A stretch of DNA of 64,000 nucleotides from a virus. Below the pieces are notes generated by a model. That model made no database searches and was not told the DNA's origin. It was given only the letters and a program-made list of their open reading frames with translations. The stretch is taken from positions 19,314 to 83,313 of IMG/VR virus record IMGVR_UViG_3300032675_000009, one strand, 5' to 3'. Within the stretch, counting starts at the first letter, position 1. Every line of letters begins with the position of its first letter. A program made the position numbers and the translations under genes. This document shows, one piece after another, positions 39,226-48,247 of the stretch.

Positions 39226-39663
39226 CTACTTTCCAAATCGACGTGCGTACTCTTGCCAAAAGTCACCCAGGAAAATGGCTTGACCTTGGGCCAGTGTCAA
39301 TCTCCCGGAGCATACATCCTTCTTCACTGCGGTCTCCAGCCTGTCTTTCTGCCGCGCCTCCGGCCAAATTTGCGGCCAAAGATTCTTGGGGTCCTGGGGC
39401 GCGCCGCCCACCTCGAGGGGTACTCGGTGGTCTTCCTCGTATGACTCCGGTATAGTGATCAGGCGAAGGTCGACCATCTGTTTCAACTTCAGGGAGTCCG
39501 TGAAACTCACTGGCGGCCGAACCGCCTTGGTCCACGATGCCGCACAGATGGTCGTCTTGATATTGGCTTGGGTGACATTGGGATTGATAGCCCCCGGCGT
39601 CCATGACGGTGGCAGGCTGTAATCAGCGGAGGATGCGGCGATCAGTAGGAGAAGTAACTTCAC
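39226..39663 (-). CDS. Secreted HNH-like nuclease domain protein
   Basis: Signal-like MKLLLLLIAAS; YEEDHRVPLEVGG...NLWPQ...KDRLE. Confidence 0.65.
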   Translation of the reverse strand: MKLLLLLIAASSADYSLPPSWTPGAINPNVTQANIKTTICAASWTKAVRPPVSFTDSLKLKQMVDLRLITIPESYEEDHRVPLEVGGAPQDPKNLWPQIWPEARQKDRLETAVKKDVCSGRLTLAQGQAIFLGDFWQEYARRFGK

Positions 39664-39665
39664 GG

Positions 39666-40251
39666 TTAGAGTATAGCCTCCGGGCCGGAAGTCGTCAATG
39701 TGATGTCCGAATCCGGACATGGCTTGAATACGCGTGCGATGTAGTTGGACAACTCAAATGGGATCATCGCCCGTTCCGCCTTCCAGGATGACGACATTGA
39801 TTCCTTGCGCCGCCCCCCCCCCGTTGAACTTGGGTAGCAAAGCCGGAACGTCGCCCCATAAGTACTGGGCTCCGTAGTGAGCTTTGGCTGTACCGAGCCA
39901 TCGCTGGGCCTCGCGAACATTTTCCATGACGATGGGTAGGTTGGCCTCTTTGGCTATCCGCCAGCACGCCTCGATTAACGACAGGTCTGGCAGTGGTGGG
40001 TTACGTGCGCGCGTCCAGGGCATAGCGTGACGGCTAAACTCTTCGCACGGCATAGAGGCCACGATGACCGTACCGTGTCTTAGTTTTGTTCCGTCGATAG
40101 TCCGAACGTCCTGCAAGATGAGATCTCCTGGATACCCGTGGTTGACAACATCAAACCCGATACACCGGTAGCCTTCGGCTTGGAATCCAAGGGTCCAGCC
40201 GCCCTTGCCACAACCAAGATCAATGCAAAGTGGCTTCCGGTGTTCAGGCAT
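39666..40251 (-). CDS. DNA cytosine-methyltransferase-like gene frameshifted at a G10 tract (39813-39822)
   Basis: DLGCGKGG motif I, ASMPCEEFS motif IV, MENV motif VI; the C-terminus (…ERAMIPFELSNYIARVF) continues in another frame after the tract. Confidence 0.7.
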
Positions 40252-40540
40252 ACATAGCCCTCTCTCGTTGCGTCAGAAAACGTCCGGTGTGAGGACAGCG
40301 CGGCGGTTCTGGTGTAGGGTGAAGGCACGCTTGAATCTCGATTAGTAGATGTGGACACGAGCACATTTTGTTAAACAGAGCCATGTGATGAATATGAAAC
40401 CCTGGTCGCGGCGGCCGTCCGGCGGCCAAAGTAAACACCGCACGGTGAAGGTACTGGTCGCGCCATTTTCCCGAATTCATTCGGAAGTATCCTTTGTGGT
40501 TGCGTCTCGCTGATCCAAAAATGGGATGGGTGATGGTCAC
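40244..40540 (-). CDS. HNH-family endonuclease
   Basis: GYFR..YLHRAV...GFHIHH..NK. Confidence 0.65.
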   Translation of the reverse strand: MTITHPIFGSARRNHKGYFRMNSGKWRDQYLHRAVFTLAAGRPPRPGFHIHHMALFNKMCSCPHLLIEIQACLHPTPEPPRCPHTGRFLTQRERAMYA

Positions 40541-40699
40541 TTAGACACTCCGTTTCTTCCGAACTTCCGTCCGGCGCCGCCTACGTTCAGCCACGGCTTT
40601 CTGTCGACATCCAAGGCAACAGTATTTATCGCTAGGAAGTTGCGGCCGGAAATCTTTCTTGCAATGAGAGCAGGGGATTAGCGCGTCGGTAAAACTCAC
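40541..40699 (-). CDS. 52-aa Zn-finger protein
   Basis: CSHC...YCCLGC plus a basic tail (manual translation). Confidence 0.55.
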   Translation of the reverse strand: MSFTDALIPCSHCKKDFRPQLPSDKYCCLGCRQKAVAERRRRRTEVRKKRSV

Positions 40700-41133
40700 A
40701 CCTTCAGACCTTTCGCCAGCCGTCTCCGAATTACCCTGACATACTGAGCCCGATATCCCAACACTGTCTCAATCTCAACCGGCGTTTTCCCGGCCTTGAG
40801 CATGGCAATTATGATCGGCCGCTTGCGATCGTTCTCCGCGCGTTTCTCCGCGTTCGGGTTCCCCGGTTGGTAGTACCGTCCACACTCGCGGCATTTGAAA
40901 CCCTTCTTGCCGGCGGTCGCCATGTCGCCATTGCAGAGGGGGCAGTGAACGCCTGGCACCGGCGTAAACCTAAATGACTTCGGTATCTTGGGCATCTCAA
41001 TGCGGGGTTTATCCGGCGATACCTTCATCGCCTGATCGAGATCCCTGAACACGTCCGGGTCGCGCCAAGTGTCTTTCCAGTGGCGACGTGGCGGCTCCCC
41101 TGTTTCAATCAGACTGGACAGTGAGCTATTCAT
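40696..41133 (-). CDS. Zn-ribbon plus C-terminal HTH protein
   Basis: CPLC..CREC; KTPVEIETVLGYRAQYV. Confidence 0.6.
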   Translation of the reverse strand: MNSSLSSLIETGEPPRRHWKDTWRDPDVFRDLDQAMKVSPDKPRIEMPKIPKSFRFTPVPGVHCPLCNGDMATAGKKGFKCRECGRYYQPGNPNAEKRAENDRKRPIIIAMLKAGKTPVEIETVLGYRAQYVRVIRRRLAKGLKV

Positions 41134-41486
41134 GATAAATTCCTTTCAGGTCTGAAGATAACGATGGCGCTCGGGAACGGAGCGCGTGCGGTGTGGTCGC
41201 GACGATCATTGAAATTCAACCGTCCACGCAGGAATCGAATCTCTCCCCGCATACACAGGGCGTGCCACCAACTGGTATCGGTGCGAGCCGGGAGTAGCAT
41301 CACAACAGTGCAGCCGGCTTTGCTTGTTTCGTAGCCCTTGTGGATCCACCGATCGATCTGCCGGTCGTCAAAACAAAACTCCCGATTCAAAAAGTAAACA
41401 ACGGAATGCGGCGTGGCGTGCTGGTCCGTGATCGACGACATCATACCCGGGTTCCATAATCGGCCAAGACTACTCATCGTCACCAT
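41130..41486 (-). pseudogene. Phage Dam-type N6-adenine methyltransferase with internal deletion
   Basis: Has the ATP...LNREF start and VVMLLPARTDTSWW..IRFLRGRL..APFPS end but lacks the DxCA and NPPY region. Confidence 0.7.
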
Positions 41487-42903
41487 CCTGGTCTTCGTCC
41501 TCGGAGAACGTCAAGGTTTTACCGTTGAAGCGGCCCATGATTGTGCCAAGGGGTCCTGACCGGTTTTTTCGGATAATGAATTCGGCTAGTTGTTTTAGCT
41601 CAGGGCACTGCGGACGGTCCAAGATCTCACGGTAGGGAAAGATCACAACATCAGCCGACTTGGCGATAGCCGAACTCCCGTGAATCATATTAAGGGTTGG
41701 GCGAGGGTCTCCGCCTTTATTGTTCTTGCCGGCTTCCTTCGTCAAGTGACTCAGGGCAACAACTGGAACCTTCAGGCGTTTCGCCATGTTCTTTAAGCTC
41801 GGGGCGATGAAACTCAACGCCTCATTCTCGGAGCGAAAGTCTATGCCGGGATATCCACTTTTGAAATACGAAAGCAACTGCAGTTGGTCTAAGAAGATGG
41901 CCACGGCGCCATGCTTCTTCACTGCTGTTTGAGAAGCCATGTACACAGACTTCATCGTCGGGTATGCTTCGTCAGAAAAATAAAGAGGGTACTCCGCAGC
42001 CCGCCCGGCGGCCGTGGCGATATCAATCCTCTCCTGCTGGTCCAGTTGGCCGTATCGAAACCTATGGAACGAGACGCCAGAGTCACGAGCAATCAGCCTG
42101 AGCGCTTGGTCTTCAGAACTCATTTCCAAACTGAAGAACAATACCGGGCCCTGTGTCTTGACGATATGGATTGCCCACTGAAGGGCTAATGCTGACTTCC
42201 CTTCGGATGTCCTGGCCGCAATGATGATCAGCTTACCCGGATCCAGGCCGAAGATTCGCCGCTGGAGTTTGGGCATGCCGAAATGGAGGCCGCGAATCCG
42301 CAGGTGGGGGCTCAGGAAAGAGTTGATCCCCCCATCGCATCCCTCCATGATCTGCTTTAGTGAACGCAGGCCATGCTCTTCGTTTTCCTCGGTAGCCATC
42401 TCGGCTAGTCCGAGTTCGGCGCTGGCGAGAATGTCGGCCGCGCTGGACTCACCCATCAGCGCGAGATTCATAATGCGCTTTCCGTAATCGATTGCCCGGC
42501 GAAGTGTGGTCTTCTCTCGGAGTAATAAGATGTAGGAATCCAGGTTGGGCAACCGGGGCATGTTCTCATCAAGGGAAATCAAGTACGTGAGTCCACCAAC
42601 GGCTTCGTACTTCTTCGCTCGCTGGAGTTCGGTTGCGACGGTGATGCGGTCAATCTTCTGTTTGCGGTCCGAGATCGTCTTCATCGCCTCCAGGATGAAC
42701 CTGTGTGACTCCAATACGAAATCGTCGCGGTCCAGCCGTCCCGAAACGTCATCCCAGTGAGAGTGATCTAGCAATACAGATCCGAGGACTAAGCGTTCGG
42801 CGTCAAGGGCTTGAGGAAGCCCATGACGCATGGCGATATCTCCAGCCGACCTCTGAGGTTGTTCTTGCTTGCGTGGCTTTCGAATCTCAGGCATGGCGCT
42901 CAC
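41470..42903 (-). CDS. dnaB: Replicative DNA helicase DnaB
   Basis: PQALDAERLVLGSVL N-domain, AARTSEGKS Walker A, FSLEM, KNRSGP. Confidence 0.93.
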   Translation of the reverse strand: MSAMPEIRKPRKQEQPQRSAGDIAMRHGLPQALDAERLVLGSVLLDHSHWDDVSGRLDRDDFVLESHRFILEAMKTISDRKQKIDRITVATELQRAKKYEAVGGLTYLISLDENMPRLPNLDSYILLLREKTTLRRAIDYGKRIMNLALMGESSAADILASAELGLAEMATEENEEHGLRSLKQIMEGCDGGINSFLSPHLRIRGLHFGMPKLQRRIFGLDPGKLIIIAARTSEGKSALALQWAIHIVKTQGPVLFFSLEMSSEDQALRLIARDSGVSFHRFRYGQLDQQERIDIATAAGRAAEYPLYFSDEAYPTMKSVYMASQTAVKKHGAVAIFLDQLQLLSYFKSGYPGIDFRSENEALSFIAPSLKNMAKRLKVPVVALSHLTKEAGKNNKGGDPRPTLNMIHGSSAIAKSADVVIFPYREILDRPQCPELKQLAEFIIRKNRSGPLGTIMGRFNGKTLTFSEDEDQDGDDE

Positions 42904-43540
42904 GGTGGATCGGTTCAGTGCTCAGCCGCATCTCGCCACAGTGGAACGCATTGACTTTGGTTCCCGAGTAGGTGGCGAAGTTGGCGATGTCGGAACCGTC
43001 CTCGAACTTCACCATGAGTTGATTCCAAGCGCAGTCCTTGTAGTAGTCGTCGATCACCGAGCCGGCCTTGTTAGGCGGAAACAATGGGCCGTTATAGTAA
43101 ACGCGGGTGCCGGTCGGGAACTTCTCAGTTAGGGTTTTTCGGATGTGCTCGTTCGCGGTCTTGTTGGCGCATAATTCGCGGTTCCAAACACTTCCACAGG
43201 GGCAACCGTAGTGGTCAGCGCGGGCCTTCCGCTCCGTTTCTTGCTCTCGGTGGCTCTGGTAGGCTCTGCCTTCAAACGGTTCCTTACTCATACGTTCCGC
43301 TTGCCGACGCAGCAAATCCTCCGCTTGCCGACGCAGCAAGTTCCGATCGAAGTAGTAGGGGGTATAGGTTCTGCCGAAGGAATCTGCGGCTTTAGCTTGC
43401 TTCGGAGGGACCGGATCTTGCGCCTGCCCGGCGGCCTCTAGTGCCCGACGCAGTTTCTCTTTCGCGACCCTGCCTTCGGCCTCGGTGCCCGGCCTATCCG
43501 CCAAGGCACGCAGTGCCGCTATTCTTCGGGAGTCCCTCAC
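42887..43540 (-). CDS. Hypothetical protein
   Basis: ORF in operon. Confidence 0.55.
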   Translation of the reverse strand: MRDSRRIAALRALADRPGTEAEGRVAKEKLRRALEAAGQAQDPVPPKQAKAADSFGRTYTPYYFDRNLLRRQAEDLLRRQAERMSKEPFEGRAYQSHREQETERKARADHYGCPCGSVWNRELCANKTANEHIRKTLTEKFPTGTRVYYNGPLFPPNKAGSVIDDYYKDCAWNQLMVKFEDGSDIANFATYSGTKVNAFHCGEMRLSTEPIHRERHA

Positions 43541-43890
43541 TTTTCAACCAACCTCTCCATCCGCAGTGATGCCGAAGAACGACCGTCCGCCGGCGTGAAG
43601 CTGGTTTCGTAAATCTCCCTCACCTGAATCGGTTTCGGAAAGAACTCGCACCGATCCGTTATCTGGGCCACAAGCCATTCCAGGTCACCGGAGTAGCCCT
43701 TTAAGATTGGCGCGTAGTCCCGGTCAATGGCAACCCACTCGTCTGTCTTGAGGCCACGCACGATGCGCGCGACTGCTTTGGCGTACGCGGCCTTCGGCTT
43801 GCTTTCGGTCGGCTTACCTGGCAGGGAAATGCCGTCTATGTGGCTCCAGATCTCGTTCAGAAACTCAGCCGTCAACTTCACCTTACGCAC
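43537..43890 (-). CDS. Hypothetical protein (possible helicase loader/inhibitor)
   Basis: CEFFPKPIQVRE resembles the FxP..xE motif of G39P-like proteins; near dnaB. Confidence 0.45.
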   Translation of the reverse strand: MRKVKLTAEFLNEIWSHIDGISLPGKPTESKPKAAYAKAVARIVRGLKTDEWVAIDRDYAPILKGYSGDLEWLVAQITDRCEFFPKPIQVREIYETSFTPADGRSSASLRMERLVEK

Positions 43891-44494
43891 CCTCCTTTCT
43901 TGGCGGTACGGCTACTTTGTGCTTATAGTCAACACTCCAACACGTAACGGACTCGTTCGCTTTACGGAATGCTTCACATGCGGCCTGCAGTTCTCTGATG
44001 CCATCCAGCCGTTCATAGGCAACATCTTCATCCATCTCGTCACATGCTGACTCAATCAGCCGCTCAATATTTGGGGCCTTGAACGGAAACTCCTCGCAGC
44101 AAAAAACGAACTCAGGCCGGTCCTCGTCAGGGCCGTCGTCTAGGTACTCCGCAAGTTCGTCAATGTCGGCAAAGTAACTATCTCCCAATGATCCGTGTCC
44201 GCCCTCGAAGTAAACTGGGCCCGCGTAATTCGGAACCAACTCTGATCGGTCTAGCATCTCCGCTTCACGTTTCGCGCGGCGCTTAAGTTCACACTCGCGG
44301 TGATACAGTGACCTGACGTTACCTTCAGCGTAAGGAACGCGTTCGTCTTTGGCTAATATTCCTCCGCAGTCATAGCAAGTGCAGCACTTTTGTGAGACGT
44401 CGAAGTTGCCCGGCGCCGCGACCCCACGACACTCCGAACACATAGACCACTTCGTCGGGGTACCGTCCGGGAGATGAAGGAAAAAGGCGTTCAC
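43883..44494 (-). CDS. Hypothetical Cys-rich protein
   Basis: ORF in operon. Confidence 0.55.
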   Translation of the reverse strand: MNAFFLHLPDGTPTKWSMCSECRGVAAPGNFDVSQKCCTCYDCGGILAKDERVPYAEGNVRSLYHRECELKRRAKREAEMLDRSELVPNYAGPVYFEGGHGSLGDSYFADIDELAEYLDDGPDEDRPEFVFCCEEFPFKAPNIERLIESACDEMDEDVAYERLDGIRELQAACEAFRKANESVTCWSVDYKHKVAVPPRKEGA

Positions 44495-44862
44495 TGTTCA
44501 CCGTCTTTATGCTGCGCCAGTAGTGCTGCTGCTTCGGCTACGCAGGTCGGGCAGTATTTGTTCTTGGAATCGTACTCTCCGATGGATACCGCCACGAGTA
44601 CGTATTCGGAGCAGCCGTCGCACGAAACATGCGTCCAAGACAAATTCCCGATGATCGCGTTGATGTCCTGCCACGTGGGGTTGTCCCCAAGTGCGACGAG
44701 TTTATCGTAGATCTCCTTGGAACTGGAACCAATACTGCATTGGTACCGTTTCCAGATCATGTCTGCCGTTTCATAGTACTGTCGCTTCCAGCGCTCGGCA
44801 ACAGTGCTCAATGGCTGCGTGGCAAGTCTTACAAATTTCGGTCGCATTCGTATGTCGCTCAT
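44491..44862 (-). CDS. Hypothetical Zn-finger protein
   Basis: CDGC..CPTC. Confidence 0.55.
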   Translation of the reverse strand: MSDIRMRPKFVRLATQPLSTVAERWKRQYYETADMIWKRYQCSIGSSSKEIYDKLVALGDNPTWQDINAIIGNLSWTHVSCDGCSEYVLVAVSIGEYDSKNKYCPTCVAEAAALLAQHKDGEQ

Positions 44863-45284
44863 TAAATCGTCCCCAATCCATAGGTGAAATCTGGAAGCGC
44901 CGGCTTGCCGTCCATCAGCGCGTACAGGTGAAGGCAGTAGGGGTGCTGATTAATGTAGTCTTTGGCACTCGAAAATACTTGGTAGGCCCAGCGGTCTTCG
45001 CCAATGAAGTCGTGCTTGACCCGCTTGAACTGTTCCCAGTCGGGAAGGAACCAACTGTTCTCACCGCGCCTTCCGCACGCGCTTACATGAATCCAAATGC
45101 GGCCGTCGTCATAACGCTGGACCGTGTACAGCACTTGGATGTTGGCGCGGAAGAACGCTCCACCGTTCGGCATCGCCCGAATCAACTTCCAACTAGGGGG
45201 AACACGCGACATGCAGGCCCGGACAATCTCGGGCTCCACGTAGGCAAGTTTTTCTACCGCGTCTAATTGCTCATCAGTAATCAT
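44862..45284 (-). CDS. Conserved phage hypothetical protein
   Basis: WIHVS...LPDWEQFKRVK..F.GED...YINQHPYCLHL family pattern. Confidence 0.65.
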   Translation of the reverse strand: MITDEQLDAVEKLAYVEPEIVRACMSRVPPSWKLIRAMPNGGAFFRANIQVLYTVQRYDDGRIWIHVSACGRRGENSWFLPDWEQFKRVKHDFIGEDRWAYQVFSSAKDYINQHPYCLHLYALMDGKPALPDFTYGLGTI

Positions 45285-45339
45285 CGACGTCCCTTCTTTT
45301 TGCCCGACTTGCGGGCTTTGGCAACTTCTTCGTTCTCGC

Positions 45340-46653
45340 TCATTCCAATCCGATTTCCTTTCTGAACTCCGCATCTTGATCGACCGTTGACTTGGACTTA
45401 CCGCGTGGCGCCATCCGCCAGTCCAAGTTCCCATCGAGAACCCATTTCCAGTTGGCGCCCTTGTCCGTCGTCTGCAACATCCAGGTGAACGTGATCCATT
45501 CCCCCTGACCGTGGCCCTTCAATTGCTGGACCTTTTCGCATGATCGCTCCCAGCCAGAAACGAACTCCGCCTCGGCGCGCCACGATCGCAGGATTTTATC
45601 CGGGTCGAACTTCGGGTTCCACGTCACCACCGGGTTGCCGCCGGTCACCACCCGGTTCCAGATTTCCGCCTCAACCGGCAACGCGCTAGGAGGCGATTTA
45701 AGGGGCCTGTCACCCGCACTGGCGACTGGAACGTCCTCCACGGCCCCGCCGCGCGCAGGACGCGCCGCTTTTCGGGGTGCAATACCGCCGTCCTCGTCCG
45801 CCAGCCACTTGAAGTACGCCCTCACCCGGTGAATCGGGTCGAAGTCTTTCCAGTAATCGAGATTCATGAAGACGTCAAACGCCTCGACGATCTCGCCCGG
45901 CGTCTTGCCGCACGTCTCGACTTTCTCAGCGAGTACTTTCTTTGCCTCGGCCGGCATCTTGCCGCCCTTGAGTTGCTTGAACCGATACGTCAACACTTTC
46001 ACCGCGTCAACATCATCGCCGAAAGGGGAAGGAGGGGGCTCTGGGGGTGTTGGGGTTTCTTCCCCTGTCTGTATTGCTTCTTCCAGTACAGTTGGTTTTG
46101 AATTTAGGTTTTGTTCTCTAGCTAATAAAGAAACAGGTTGTTCTTCTAATTCTCTATTCTTAAGTACCTTATTAGAGCAGTCCCCCACATCGGCAATTTT
46201 GCCGATGTGGCTGCCGATGTGGCTGCCGATGTGGCTGCCGTCAACAAAATCATCATCGCAATCTTCATCGGCAAAATTGCCGATGACCGAACGCTTCACG
46301 AGCATGGCGTTCAAGCGCTTCACGTTCAGCCGATACTGCTTGATCTTCCCGGCCCGGTCCTGTGTCGATTTCAGTATGCGAAGCTTCTCCAGCATGTCGA
46401 TGCTGATCTGGATTGAGCGAGCGCTGTAGTGACACATCATGCCCTCCACAATCCTGTGCATCGAAGCCTTGATCCATGGGTGACCTTCCTCGTCCGCCAT
46501 CTCCATTCGGTTAAGCTCTCCGTTAGCCAGGAATTCAAACAAAGAAAGCACGGCTGCCGAACAATGGTCGTCACCAAAAAGCTCAGTATAGTCTTCACGG
46601 ATAACTACAACTCGCAACCCCTTCCGGTGTTGAATACAACTTTCGCGTGCCAT
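45340..46653 (-). CDS. Replication initiator (lambda O/DnaD-like)
   Basis: N-terminal winged-helix pattern, internal iterons plus AT-rich stretch, upstream of dnaB. Confidence 0.7.
   Translation of the reverse strand: MARESCIQHRKGLRVVVIREDYTELFGDDHCSAAVLSLFEFLANGELNRMEMADEEGHPWIKASMHRIVEGMMCHYSARSIQISIDMLEKLRILKSTQDRAGKIKQYRLNVKRLNAMLVKRSVIGNFADEDCDDDFVDGSHIGSHIGSHIGKIADVGDCSNKVLKNRELEEQPVSLLAREQNLNSKPTVLEEAIQTGEETPTPPEPPPSPFGDDVDAVKVLTYRFKQLKGGKMPAEAKKVLAEKVETCGKTPGEIVEAFDVFMNLDYWKDFDPIHRVRAYFKWLADEDGGIAPRKAARPARGGAVEDVPVASAGDRPLKSPPSALPVEAEIWNRVVTGGNPVVTWNPKFDPDKILRSWRAEAEFVSGWERSCEKVQQLKGHGQGEWITFTWMLQTTDKGANWKWVLDGNLDWRMAPRGKSKSTVDQDAEFRKEIGLE
46090..46286. other. Putative replication origin (iterons plus AT-rich region)
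   Basis: Inverted repeats 46185-46210 and 46265-46286, GCCGATGTGGCT x3 (46201-46236), AT-rich 46090-46175. Confidence 0.6.
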
Positions 46654-47268
46654 CTAGCCAACCGTCCCGGATTTATGGGAACGTAAAAAGTCAGAGACTA
46701 ATTTCCGCCCCTTGGATATGTTGCATCGAGCGCACGAAAGAACTAGGTTGTCCTTCAGAGAATCCCCGCCTTTCGATTCTGCATAAACATGATCAATATG
46801 CCAACTCCTTCCATCGGGTCCTAGTTCATCAGTCCCCAGGGAATCACAGTAAAAACACTTCCAGCCTTGAGATATTCCCAGACGTGAACGCTGCAAACTT
46901 TTGACCGTCTTGGTTCGTTTCTTGTTGGCCAAAGGCGGCCCTTCGTAGGACGTCTGGGGGTTGCGAGCCTCAAACTTATGTATGAAGTCACGCCTCCATT
47001 CAGCAAGATGGCCATCCCAAGTGTCCTGGTTAGATGTAAGCCTCGCGGCCTCCTCTTCAGCCCGAACGCATTCATCGTAAGGAAGCGAAAGCATATCGGA
47101 AAACTCCCTCGCGCTAAGGGTCTGGTTCTCTTCGCAACACAGATTCAGATACACCTTAGTTATTAAAGAAATATCCGGAGCGGCCATTATCGACCTGTCG
47201 AACATTAGCGGAAGCTTACTGAGAAACTTGGCGCGTGTCCGTACTCTGTTTCCGTTAAGGCTATCCAT
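46654..47268 (-). CDS. HNH endonuclease domain protein
   Basis: CFYC..HIDHV...GG...NLVLSCARCNISK. Confidence 0.85.
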   Translation of the reverse strand: MDSLNGNRVRTRAKFLSKLPLMFDRSIMAAPDISLITKVYLNLCCEENQTLSAREFSDMLSLPYDECVRAEEEAARLTSNQDTWDGHLAEWRRDFIHKFEARNPQTSYEGPPLANKKRTKTVKSLQRSRLGISQGWKCFYCDSLGTDELGPDGRSWHIDHVYAESKGGDSLKDNLVLSCARCNISKGRKLVSDFLRSHKSGTVG

Positions 47269-47454
47269 AAAAGCACAACTCTCCTCGATGTCCGAATCCG
47301 GACATGCTCTGTTTTGATTTAATATGGCGAAGTGATGACATGTTCCCCTCCTACAGGGATTCGGCGGCTGGCGAGGGGTAGGAGATCCTCGCCAGCGCAT
47401 CCGAGTATAAACAGTCCACAGTCTCCCTGGCCGGGGAATGAAAGGAACAAGGTC

Positions 47455-47483
47455 ATCGTATCCTCACGTCAATTATTTGTCAA
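47455..47483 (-). promoter_or_regulatory. sigma70 promoter TTGACA-17-TACGAT
   Basis: Near-consensus, upstream of the replication operon. Confidence 0.7.
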
Positions 47484-47494
47484 TAAGTATTTTG

Positions 47495-47760
47495 CAGAAC
47501 CGTACGGCTACGCTTTGCCGCCCTGATTGAACGAGCCAAAATCCACTAGGTCATGCCGCCTCAAATGGATGTAGTCGGGATATGCCGCGTCGTGCCGCTT
47601 TGCTTAGTAAGGGCTAGGCCATACCGCAAGAATTCGTGAGAGATCAAACTGTAATGCCGAATCGTCTAGTCGTGTACTGCCGCTCCGTGTTGCCCTGACT
47701 TCGCTACGTTCTGCCGCTAAGTAAAGGCTAAGCTAGGGTATGCCGCTGTAATGCCGCTAC
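47495..47760 (-). repeat. Non-coding array of about 10 GCGGCA-anchored units with 5-nt periodicity
   Basis: TGCCGC or 1-mismatch variant on + at 47516, 47554, 47583, 47593, 47622, 47655, 47678, 47712, 47741, 47752; no ORF of 60 aa or more covers it. Confidence 0.6.
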
Positions 47761-47881
47761 GTAACCTTTGGCCCCACTGAGTTCAGAAGTCGATACAGGG
47801 CGAGGCCATCCCTGACATCAATACAGGGCAACTCCAGTTCATCCAGGAAATACCGATGCAGGTGGATGAAGATCTACATTG

Positions 47882-48247
47882 CTATGTTCGCGTACTGCCG
47901 AATCGTGATGCCAAGTAATCGAAGTCACTCGACCTAGTAACTTTGGAATCCTTGTTGTCATCGCCGTACTGCACTTCAGCCCAAGTGACATGGCTAGAAC
48001 CATCTTCGCAGTACTGCTCACGAAGTCTCTTAATGAACTGTTCGCGTCGGGTGTCGCCGTCACTCGATTCCTTCCAGCCATCTTTCGAGCCGTCTGGAGG
48101 AATGAAGAAGCTCCAGTAGTCGTTCACCTGAGAACGTAAAACTGAAGACACCGAAGGAAAGATCCCCGTAGCCAACGCGTGTGCACTCTGTATGTATTCG
48201 TCAGACCAACTGGTTACCACTATTGCGTGGTGACTCATATACCCCAT
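47882..48247 (-). CDS. Hypothetical protein
   Basis: ORF with PDGSKDGWKES motif. Confidence 0.6.
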   Translation of the reverse strand: MGYMSHHAIVVTSWSDEYIQSAHALATGIFPSVSSVLRSQVNDYWSFFIPPDGSKDGWKESSDGDTRREQFIKRLREQYCEDGSSHVTWAEVQYGDDNKDSKVTRSSDFDYLASRFGSTRT

